Of a DNA stretch of 33,542 nt, positions 26,260 to 33,542 are shown piece after piece. The stretch lies in the NCBI GenBank assembly GCA_017549925.1, contig JAFYNA010000042.1, positions 1 to 33,542 of the forward strand. Reading direction: 5' to 3'. The position numbers were made by a program, and so were the translations under genes. Below the pieces are notes generated by a model. The model searched no databases, was not told the DNA's origin, and saw only the letters and a list, made by a program, of their open reading frames with translations. The first letter of the stretch is position 1; every line of letters starts with the position of its first letter. This stretch comes from Clostridia bacterium (GTDB lineage Bacteria; Bacillota; Clostridia; Oscillospirales; CAG-382).

Positions 26260-26291
26260 AAGCCAGACCCTCCTTCGGGAGGGTTTTTCTT
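26226..26291 (+). repeat. 66-bp block (gene 3' end plus terminator T3), copy 2
   Basis: 64/66 identical to 25569-25634. Confidence 0.95.
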
Positions 26292-26300
26292 ATTGCCTTT

Positions 26301-26328
26301 CACATTCCCGCCGTTTCCCGCATATAGT
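26301..26328 (+). promoter_or_regulatory. sigmaK-like promoter
   Basis: CACA-16 nt-CATATAGT upstream of the sleC-like gene. Confidence 0.65.
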
Positions 26329-26356
26329 GACAACAAGGGAAAGGAGCGGATACGCA

Positions 26357-28126
26357 TTGGCAGAGAGCAGAGGAACATTGGAAATCACCGTCCTCACGGC
26401 GGAGGGCGGGATCTTGGAGGGGGCGACGGTCATTCTGACGGGGATCTCCCGGGGCTCCATGACGGAAATCAGCAACAGGGAAGGGTTTGCGGCCTTTTCT
26501 ATTCCCACGGGGGCTGTTACCAACAGCTTGACCCCCAACCCCAGAGAACGCCCTTACGTAACGGTGGATATTCGCATCGTTCTGCGGGGCTTTATTACGG
26601 TGAGCATCATCGGGGAGCAGATCTTCCCAAATCAAACCACCAAGCAGACGGTGCGGATGGAGGCTTTGACCGCCACCCCCAACGAGCTGGAAAAGATCAT
26701 CATCATTCCCGAGCATCAGCTATACACCAACCGCAAGGAGGTGCGTCTTCCCGAGGAGGATGCCTTGCCCGCCGCCGTGACGGAACAGCCGCGGCAGGTG
26801 GTGGTTCCCGAGACCATACGGGTGCATTTGGGCCCCCCCGGTGCCAACGTAAAAACGGTGACGGTGCCCTTTATCGATTATATCAAAAATGTGGCCAGCA
26901 GTGAAATTTACCCGAATTGGCCCACCAATTCTCTCATCGCCAACGTGATCGCTCAGGTGTCCTTGGCGTTGAACCGTCTGTACACCGAGTGGTATCCCTC
27001 CCAAGGGTATAATTTCGATATCACCAGCTCCACGGCGTACGATCAGTATTACGTTCATGAGCGGGGGATCTTTGAGGCCATTGATACGGTGGTGGACGGC
27101 TATTTTACCAACTACATCTCCGTCAAGCGACGGCTGGAGCCCTTGTTTGCGGAATACTGCGACGGTGCAACCACCACTTGCGACGGCATGAGCCAGTGGG
27201 GCACGGTGTCCTTGGCACGGAAGAATTACACCCCTTTGCAGATCCTGCAGTATTATTACGGCACGGACATTGAACTGCGCACCGCCTCAGTACAGCAGAC
27301 GGTGGCAGAGTCCTTCCCGGGAACGCTTTCCTTGGGGGCGGTATCCGAGGGCGTGTTGCGATTGCAAAATCGGCTGAATCGGGTGGCTATCGCCTTTCCC
27401 TCCATTCCCTTTGTGATTCCCGCCGACGGTAGATTCGGAGACTCCACCGCCTTGGCGGTGCGGGCGTTCCAGCGGCTGTTCCGCCTTGCGGAGACGGGGC
27501 AGGTGGATCGGGAAACCTGGTACCGCATCCAGTATATTTACACCGCGGTGAAAAAGCTGGCGGAGCTGGGGAGCGAGGGGGAATTTCCTCAGACGGATGC
27601 CTTCCCCGGCAGACCTCTCCAAAGCGGAAGCCGCGGCACGGAGGTGCTTCGCATCCAACGGTATTTGGAGTACATCTCCCGAGAGCTGGGCGCCGACGTG
27701 GTGCCCGCCGTGGAGGTTGACGGCGTTTACGGAGACGAGACGGCAGAGGCGGTGCGGCTGTTCCAGAACTATTACGGGCTGGTGCAGACGGGCACGGTGA
27801 ACGAGGCCACCTGGAACGCCATCGTTACCTCCTTCTACGCCTTGGGCGGGGGAGAGACGGATACCCTGCGCCCCTACCCGGGCACACCCTTGCGGCGGGG
27901 GGCTACGGGAGAGGACGTTCGGTGGTTGCAGACCATGCTGAACGCCGTGTCTACGGTGGATCTGGATATGCCCATGCTGACGGTGGATGGTATCTTCGGC
28001 CCTGCCACAGAGGCAAATGTCCGCAGATACCAGCGGAATTACGGCTTGGCAGAGGACGGCATTGCGGGTCCCTTGACCTGGGAGTCCTTAACAAAAGAAT
28101 ACGCCCGTATCACGGGCGTATCATAA
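26357..28126 (+). CDS. sleC: Spore cortex-lytic enzyme, SleC-like, with three peptidoglycan-binding repeats
   Basis: 'VPFIDYIKNVASSEIY', 'LNRLYTEWY..QGYNFDITSSTAYDQ', 'MSQWGT'; three 'LQ..L...DG.FG..T..AVR.FQ' PG-binding repeats. TTG start at 26357 with RBS AAGGAG. Confidence 0.85.
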   Translation: MAESRGTLEITVLTAEGGILEGATVILTGISRGSMTEISNREGFAAFSIPTGAVTNSLTPNPRERPYVTVDIRIVLRGFITVSIIGEQIFPNQTTKQTVRMEALTATPNELEKIIIIPEHQLYTNRKEVRLPEEDALPAAVTEQPRQVVVPETIRVHLGPPGANVKTVTVPFIDYIKNVASSEIYPNWPTNSLIANVIAQVSLALNRLYTEWYPSQGYNFDITSSTAYDQYYVHERGIFEAIDTVVDGYFTNYISVKRRLEPLFAEYCDGATTTCDGMSQWGTVSLARKNYTPLQILQYYYGTDIELRTASVQQTVAESFPGTLSLGAVSEGVLRLQNRLNRVAIAFPSIPFVIPADGRFGDSTALAVRAFQRLFRLAETGQVDRETWYRIQYIYTAVKKLAELGSEGEFPQTDAFPGRPLQSGSRGTEVLRIQRYLEYISRELGADVVPAVEVDGVYGDETAEAVRLFQNYYGLVQTGTVNEATWNAIVTSFYALGGGETDTLRPYPGTPLRRGATGEDVRWLQTMLNAVSTVDLDMPMLTVDGIFGPATEANVRRYQRNYGLAEDGIAGPLTWESLTKEYARITGVS

Positions 28127-28139
28127 GGGCTATTGGGCT

Positions 28140-28676
28140 TTAGATCAGAATTCCGCCGCCGGGACCTTCGTGAGGCGGCTGGCTGTGAGGCTCTTTCTTG
28201 GCCTTTTCGATTTCGTCCTTCATGATGGCAACAAAGGGGTCGTTGGGCTCAAACTCAATGACAGCACGCTTGCCTGCAAACCCCACCACAAAGAACCAAT
28301 GATTTCCTCCCAGATTTTGGGAGTAGTTAAAGAAGTTGTTGTAGGTTTTATTGTATCCCTTGGCCTTGTATTCTTCCTTGTTGACCAGATCGATGGCTTC
28401 TGCCAGATCCAGCGCGCCTTGATCGGTACGCTTGTTACCCACGATCTTGGTGATGATGAAGGTGCCGTCTGCCAGGGTGTATTCCATCTCCGTCATGGTA
28501 AAACGGACGATGATATAGATGGCAATGGCTACAATGAACATGGCGGCAAGGTTGATCGCGCCCTTGTATTCCTCCCACAGGATGCCCAGAGAAAAGGTGC
28601 CGATGATGAGGAGAATACTGCAGAGCAGTAAAAGCACGGCCTGCTTGGGGTTGCGTTCGGGTTTGCATTTATACAT
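28140..28676 (-). CDS. Hypothetical membrane protein (2 TM helices plus a soluble domain)
   Basis: Two hydrophobic helices followed by 'EMEYTL' and 'IEFEPN'. RBS AAAGGA supports start 28676. Confidence 0.75.
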   Translation of the reverse strand: MYKCKPERNPKQAVLLLLCSILLIIGTFSLGILWEEYKGAINLAAMFIVAIAIYIIVRFTMTEMEYTLADGTFIITKIVGNKRTDQGALDLAEAIDLVNKEEYKAKGYNKTYNNFFNYSQNLGGNHWFFVVGFAGKRAVIEFEPNDPFVAIMKDEIEKAKKEPHSQPPHEGPGGGILI

Positions 28677-28721
28677 GGAGGGCATTCCTTTCGTATGTAA
28701 TATTTTTTGGAGGGCTATTTT

Positions 28722-28982
28722 ATGAGAAATGATTACGGTATGAATTTTGATCCCCAAGCGATCGCCCGCTTGAACGATGGCGAGCTGGGTGATCTGGTGA
28801 CGCAGATCGCCTCCGCCGTAGGGGCAGACCCCCGCAAGACCTCCGCCCTCTTGGGGAATATGGACGGGTTGCGGGAAAGCTTGAAGGGCCTCACGCCCCA
28901 GCAGGCAAAGCAGCTGTTGGATCGGGCGGGAGAAGAGAAAAGCCGAGAGATCTACGAGCTGATCCGCAGGAAGGGACGTTGA
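28722..28982 (+). CDS. Small hypothetical protein, first of a coupled three-gene operon
   Basis: RBS GGAGGG; overlaps the next start. Confidence 0.7.
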   Translation: MRNDYGMNFDPQAIARLNDGELGDLVTQIASAVGADPRKTSALLGNMDGLRESLKGLTPQQAKQLLDRAGEEKSREIYELIRRKGR

Positions 28983-29281
28983 GCCCTATGGACGAAAACT
29001 TCTCGGAAAAGCTGAAGGCGGTGTTGGCAGACCCGGAGGCTTTGGCAAAGATCTCTGCCATTGCATCCTCCATGGGCGGCAGGGAAGAGCCAAAAAGCCT
29101 TCCTGCAAGCGTACCGCCGTCGGTGCCCAAACAAAAGGATCCAAGATTGGATCTGCTGTTCGCTCTGCGCCCCTTGGTGGCGGAGCACAAGCAAAAACGC
29201 ATTGATGATCTGATGCAGATCGCCACGGTGGCATCCCTTCTGGGGAGCTTCGGGAACCGTGGAGGAAAGGGGTTGGTCTGA
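28979..29281 (+). CDS. Small hypothetical protein
   Basis: 'LKAVLADPEALAKI' and 'DPRLDLLFALRP...KRID'; translationally coupled on both sides. Confidence 0.7.
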   Translation: MSPMDENFSEKLKAVLADPEALAKISAIASSMGGREEPKSLPASVPPSVPKQKDPRLDLLFALRPLVAEHKQKRIDDLMQIATVASLLGSFGNRGGKGLV

Positions 29282-29577
29282 TGTACAGCCGCGAAATGGG
29301 CGGAATCAAAAGCGACGGACAGCTTTACGGAATGCCGTCTTCCCCTCCCATGCGGGAGCGAGAGCCGGAGCCGCCTCCTCACGAGGAGGTGTTCCGCCAC
29401 GAGCCGCCCTGCAAAGAGGAGCCCAAGCGGAAGGGGCTTTTGGACCTTTCCTTCCTGCAGGATCTTAAGATCGAGGATCTGCTTCTCATCGCCATCGGTT
29501 TTTTACTGCTGACCGATGGGGATGGGGAAAACAACGACTTACTGATTATCCTGGTGGCTCTCCTGCTCCTGATGTGA
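29281..29577 (+). CDS. Small hypothetical protein with a C-terminal hydrophobic hairpin
   Basis: 'EDLLLIAIGFLLL...DLLIILVALLLLM'; TGATG coupling. Confidence 0.7.
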   Translation: MYSREMGGIKSDGQLYGMPSSPPMREREPEPPPHEEVFRHEPPCKEEPKRKGLLDLSFLQDLKIEDLLLIAIGFLLLTDGDGENNDLLIILVALLLLM

Positions 29578-29934
29578 GCGGGCATAAAGGAACTCGATGA
29601 ATTCCTCCACCGTACGGCGATCCTTGGCGGGCAGAGAACGGAAGCGGTCGTACACCGTCTCCTCTGCCTGCTTAGCGCCGGGAGCAACCTCGGGGCGGCT
29701 TAAGCCTGCCGCAAACATCAGATCCTCTAAGTCGATGTCGCCAAAGGCGTTGGCGGTGATCTTGCGGATCAGCTTGGGGCGGGGAGGATTTTCCTGCTCC
29801 ATTGCCGCCAGCTTCCGCATTTGTACGTAGCTGATATCGCACTCGGTGGCGAACTGCCGCCAGGAGCGGACGCCCTTCGCCTGCTCCAACAGCATGGCGA
29901 AGATCTTTTTATTCCAACGGGTATTTTCTGCCAT
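29539..29934 (-). CDS. Cro/CI-like HTH protein
   Basis: 'AKGVRSWRQFATECDISYVQMRKL...PPRPKLIRKI...LEDLMFAAG'. RBS AGGAG supports start 29934. Confidence 0.7.
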   Translation of the reverse strand: MAENTRWNKKIFAMLLEQAKGVRSWRQFATECDISYVQMRKLAAMEQENPPRPKLIRKITANAFGDIDLEDLMFAAGLSRPEVAPGAKQAEETVYDRFRSLPAKDRRTVEEFIEFLYARSHQEQESHQDNQ

Positions 29935-29957
29935 AAAAACTCCTGTGAAAGATGGTT

Positions 29958-30785
29958 TCAATCGCGCGGGTCGCACGTTAACGCCGCGCCGATGACGGTG
30001 CCGTAGGTAGACATCTCGGGAATGATAAAGTGCATTCCGAACATACGGTTCAACTGATCGAAGGTGACGTGGGCGTGGGGCAGACCTGCCAGGTTACCGA
30101 TGAGGACGATCTCCTTCAGTTCCTTCTGCCGTGCGGCAAAGACTGCCAGCATACCGATGGTCTCGTAGACCATGTTAAAGATGCCCAGGGCGATATCCTC
30201 GCGGGTGGCCAGGTCGGAGACCTTGCCGAAATTTGCCGCGGTGGCGTTGTCGGACAGAATGGAGTTGATGGCGGATTTGGAAATATCGTTGATCCGCAGG
30301 TCGATCTTAGCGAGATCTCCCTCTTCTGCCAAAACGGCGATCTGCTCGGGATCGGACATTCCCAAGAGCTTTTTGGAAAGCCCCATCAGAGTGCCTCCGC
30401 CTACGCCGGTACCGCCAAGATACTCACTGCTTTGCGCATCTGCATAGACGTAAGCTGTGCCGGTGCCCATACTGACGATGATGGCGCGATCCAGCCCGGA
30501 AAGGTACAAGCCGCCCTTTGCGTTGGCGGTAAATTCCTCTACGCGGATGGTTTTCAATCCGTAGATAGAGTCCTCCACGAAGGCACTGCCCACGCCGGTG
30601 ATGTGTACCTCACTGATGTCGGCGAGAGTGATGCCGTGCTGGTAAGTAAACTTACCGAAAGCGCCGTAAACAGAAGCGATAGGATCTGTGGCGCGCACCA
30701 TTAAGGGCTCCAAAAGACGGTCGCCGTCAAAGCCCACGATCTTGGTGGTGCTGCCTCCGATATCGATTCCGACAATGATACTCAT
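29958..30785 (-). CDS. coaW: Type II pantothenate kinase
   Basis: 'GIDIGGSTTK', 'ITGVG', 'VEEF', 'VSMGTGT', 'GGTGVGGGTLMGL', 'AANFGK'. Confidence 0.85.
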   Translation of the reverse strand: MSIIVGIDIGGSTTKIVGFDGDRLLEPLMVRATDPIASVYGAFGKFTYQHGITLADISEVHITGVGSAFVEDSIYGLKTIRVEEFTANAKGGLYLSGLDRAIIVSMGTGTAYVYADAQSSEYLGGTGVGGGTLMGLSKKLLGMSDPEQIAVLAEEGDLAKIDLRINDISKSAINSILSDNATAANFGKVSDLATREDIALGIFNMVYETIGMLAVFAARQKELKEIVLIGNLAGLPHAHVTFDQLNRMFGMHFIIPEMSTYGTVIGAALTCDPRD

Positions 30786-30817
30786 AAAAACGCCTCCTGT
30801 GGATGTTCTCTACCTCT

Positions 30818-30845
30818 ATTGTAACACTTTTTTCAAAAAAGTCAA
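30818..30845 (-). promoter_or_regulatory. sigmaA-type promoter (coaW)
   Basis: TTGACT-16 nt-TACAAT with extended TG. Confidence 0.55.
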
Positions 30846-30936
30846 ATTATTTTTTTCTTTTTTTGAAATATCACTTCCCAATTGGCAAAAAATGTGGTAC
30901 AATAAGAAGAGAAACGAAAAAACGGAGGGTATGTGC

Positions 30937-31911
30937 ATGGATCTGGCAGGAACGCTTGCGCCTGAACGGGCGGATTTTCTGCGGCGGTTACAAAACGGCA
31001 CCTGCTCTCACGGCTTTATCGTGGAAGGGCCCAAGGGCTCCGGCAAGAAGGCGTTTGCCCTTTGGTGTGCCTCGGCCTTGCTTTGCGAGTCGGCGGACAA
31101 GCCCTGCGGGGCGTGTCGTTCCTGCCGCAAGGTGCAGGGCGGACATCATCCCGACGTGCATCTCTACGGAGGCGGCGATAAGGCCATTACCGTGGGTCAG
31201 GTGCGCGATCTCATCAAAGAGACGGGCTGGATCCCTACCGACGGCGAGAAGAACGTGTTCATTTTGGAGAACGCGCAGAAAATGCAGGCTCCTGCCCAGA
31301 ACGCGCTTTTGAAGGTTTTTGAAGAACCTCCCGCAGGGGTGGTGATCTTCTTGCTTACCGATTCCCGCAGAGGGCTGTTGCCCACGGTTCGTTCCAGAGG
31401 GCAGACGGTTCGTCTGTCGCCCATGGAGCCTCGGGATATGGAGGCCAAGCTGAAGCTGATGTTCCCCCGCGTTTCACAGGGAGAGCTTTCCGCCGCGGTG
31501 GTCTATTCTCGGGGAAGCTTGGGGGAAGCGGAGGAGTTTTTAAAGCGTGACGCCGTCATGCGGAGAGAAGCGGCGGCCGAATGGCTGACTGTGGCTCTGG
31601 ATGGGGACAAGTATCGCCTCATCGGATTGCTCACTGCCTCCAAGCACAAGCGAGATACGTTACTCCCTTTGCTGGATTCCTTTTTGCAGCTGTTGTTCGA
31701 TCTGCTTTTGGAGAAAAGCGGCGGGCGGGCGGTGCTGTTGACGGAGGAACAGCGGGAGTTTTACGGCAACCGTGCCACCAAGCGTGCCATTGCCGCCATG
31801 TGTGACGTAACCATCACTTGCAGAGAGAGCTTGGAATCCAACGGAAACGTTACCGCTGTGATGACTCGCCTTGCCACGGGACTTTGGTCTGCGGCAAACG
31901 AGCGGGGATAA
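30937..31911 (+). CDS. holB: DNA polymerase III subunit delta'
   Basis: GPKGSGKK, zinc module C...PCGACRSC, HPD, QNALLKVFEEPP, TVRSR; lies upstream of ricT as in many Bacillota. Confidence 0.9.
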   Translation: MDLAGTLAPERADFLRRLQNGTCSHGFIVEGPKGSGKKAFALWCASALLCESADKPCGACRSCRKVQGGHHPDVHLYGGGDKAITVGQVRDLIKETGWIPTDGEKNVFILENAQKMQAPAQNALLKVFEEPPAGVVIFLLTDSRRGLLPTVRSRGQTVRLSPMEPRDMEAKLKLMFPRVSQGELSAAVVYSRGSLGEAEEFLKRDAVMRREAAAEWLTVALDGDKYRLIGLLTASKHKRDTLLPLLDSFLQLLFDLLLEKSGGRAVLLTEEQREFYGNRATKRAIAAMCDVTITCRESLESNGNVTAVMTRLATGLWSAANERG

Positions 31912-31944
31912 GCGTTGATTGATATACCATAAAAGGAAGATAGT

Positions 31945-33540
31945 ATGGAAGAAAAAAAGATCAAGGATATGACCGGCAACCGTGAGGAAAAGATCGCCTC
32001 CAAAAAGCCGGTAAAGGAAGCCCCTGCGGCAAATGCTCCCAGGGCACCCAAGCGTCCCTTCGTGCGGGTGGCGTATCCCGGTGCGGATATGACCGAGCAT
32101 ATCAGCAAGAAGGCGGATGCTCCTGCAGGCGACACTCCCGCAGGTGAAAAGAAGGAAAAACAGCCTCCCAAGCAGGGGGATCGCAGAGACAAGCATAACG
32201 GCAGACACGGCGGCAAAAACCGCAAGGGCGACCGTCCCGAGCAGAAGGAGCGGGTTCGTGTAGAAGAGGCTAAGCCTGCCCAAGCAGAGCAGCCTGCTCA
32301 GCCCGCCAAGGATAACAAAGGGGAAGGCAAGCCCCAGGAGGTTGTGGCAAAGCGCAAGCACGACCGCAGAGATCGCCACGGCGACAAAAAGCAGGATCGT
32401 AAGGATCGCAAGCCCGAGGCAGTGCCTCAGGTAAAGGTCGAGGAGGCAAAGCCCGCCAAGGAAAAGCAGAAGGCAAAGAATGCTCCCGCACCCCGCGCTC
32501 CCCGTGCAGAACGGGTGGTGCTGGAGAGAGCAACTCCTCTCGCTTCTTCCAAGGAGGAGTTCTCCGATGAACAGCTTCGTGCAGACGGACTGTTGTTCAC
32601 TCTGGACGATGTAGCGGCTCCCGCAGAGGTTGCCCCCGTTCCCGTGGAGGCGCCTGCCGGGCCCAAGGAAACCATCGAGGTGGTGGGAATCCGCTTCCGC
32701 GGTGCAGGCAAGACCTATTATTTCTCTCCTGCGGGAATTTCCTTTGCCGACGGCGACTACGCCATTGTGGAAACCGTGCGGGGCGTGGAATACGGCGAGG
32801 TGTTGATGGGGAACCGTTTGGTCTCCGCCGATGAGGTGGTACAGCCCCTCAAGCCCGTGCTTCGCAAGGCGACGGAGGAGGATGCCGCCCATAACCGTTC
32901 CAACCGCCAGCTGGAGGAAGCGGCAAAGCCCGTCTTCTTTGAAAAAGTAAAGAAAAACAAGCTGGAAATGCAGCTTGTGGACGTAGAATATACCTTTGAT
33001 AACACCAAGCTCTGCTTCTACTTCACCGCAGAGGGCAGAGTGGATTTCCGTGAGCTGGTAAAGGATCTGGCTTCCGTGTTCCGCACCCGTATCGAGCTTC
33101 GCCAGATCGGTGTCCGTGACGAGGCCCGTATGTTCGGCGGGTTGGGCGTTTGCGGGAGACCCTTCTGCTGTAAGAGCTTCCTGGCGGATTTCGTGCAGGT
33201 TTCCATTAAGATGGCCAAGGAGCAGAACCTTTCTTTGGCATCCGCCAAGATCAGCGGCTCCTGCGGCAGACTGATGTGCTGTCTCCGCTACGAGCAGGAT
33301 ACCTACGAGCGTGAAAACGCCGAGATGCCCCGTGTGAACAGCACGGTGGATACCCCCAAGGGAAAAGCTACGGTATTGGAAAGCAACTTCCTGACCAAGA
33401 AGATCAAGGTGCTGACCGCCGAGGATAACGCCATCCGCTTCTTCGCTCCCGAAGAAGTACAGTTCCTGGCACCCCCTCCCAAGAAGAACGCCAAGGAAGT
33501 CGAGCCCATCGACCCCGAATTGGCAAAATTAGAGCAATAA
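31945..33540 (+). CDS. ricT: RicT/YaaT (PSP1 domain) with a ~240-aa low-complexity N-terminal extension
   Basis: 'VVGIRF...GKTYYF', 'RVDFRELVKDLA..FRTRIELRQIGVRDEA', 'CGRPFCC', 'KISGSCGRLMCCLRYE'. Confidence 0.92.
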   Translation: MEEKKIKDMTGNREEKIASKKPVKEAPAANAPRAPKRPFVRVAYPGADMTEHISKKADAPAGDTPAGEKKEKQPPKQGDRRDKHNGRHGGKNRKGDRPEQKERVRVEEAKPAQAEQPAQPAKDNKGEGKPQEVVAKRKHDRRDRHGDKKQDRKDRKPEAVPQVKVEEAKPAKEKQKAKNAPAPRAPRAERVVLERATPLASSKEEFSDEQLRADGLLFTLDDVAAPAEVAPVPVEAPAGPKETIEVVGIRFRGAGKTYYFSPAGISFADGDYAIVETVRGVEYGEVLMGNRLVSADEVVQPLKPVLRKATEEDAAHNRSNRQLEEAAKPVFFEKVKKNKLEMQLVDVEYTFDNTKLCFYFTAEGRVDFRELVKDLASVFRTRIELRQIGVRDEARMFGGLGVCGRPFCCKSFLADFVQVSIKMAKEQNLSLASAKISGSCGRLMCCLRYEQDTYERENAEMPRVNSTVDTPKGKATVLESNFLTKKIKVLTAEDNAIRFFAPEEVQFLAPPPKKNAKEVEPIDPELAKLEQ

Positions 33541-33542
33541 AA

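Noticed and set aside
24937-26291. CRISPR array or integron attC array
   Set aside because: The spacing is about 660 bp with full promoter-bearing genes between repeats. The repeats are ordinary terminator hairpins without RYYYAAC/GTTRRRY ends, and there is no cas or intI gene.

Overview
A gene-dense, moderately GC-rich chromosomal window from what looks like an uncultured spore-forming Clostridia (Bacillota) genome. The evidence for this is a SleC-type cortex lytic enzyme, a collagen-like exosporium protein, RicT, DegV, type II pantothenate kinase and sigmaA/sigmaK-type promoters. It holds about 34 CDS: a CofE-like ligase, five XRE/Cro-type HTH regulators (four in two tandem pairs), a lipid-handling group (alpha/beta hydrolase, acyltransferase, acyl-CoA ligase, DegV, M20 amidohydrolase, GNAT of the YghO/bCerS type), three lipoproteins, a uxuA-uxuB-eda-kdgK operon, an orphan type IV pilin, two divergent 175-aa paralogs, sleC, coaW, holB and a RicT with a long disordered N-terminus. 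I see no rRNA, tRNA, CRISPR array, transposase or integrase. Three structures stand out. (1) Two 657-bp tandem units each carry their own direct-repeat promoter and a highly divergent phage-tail-like ORF, and they end in a nearly identical 66-bp block of gene end plus terminator. (2) A 1.9-kb two-XRE cassette is flanked by an exact 34-bp duplication of a bidirectional terminator. (3) The degV leader has three palindromic operators and a structured C-rich RNA region. All functional calls come from motif recognition by eye; no database search was run.
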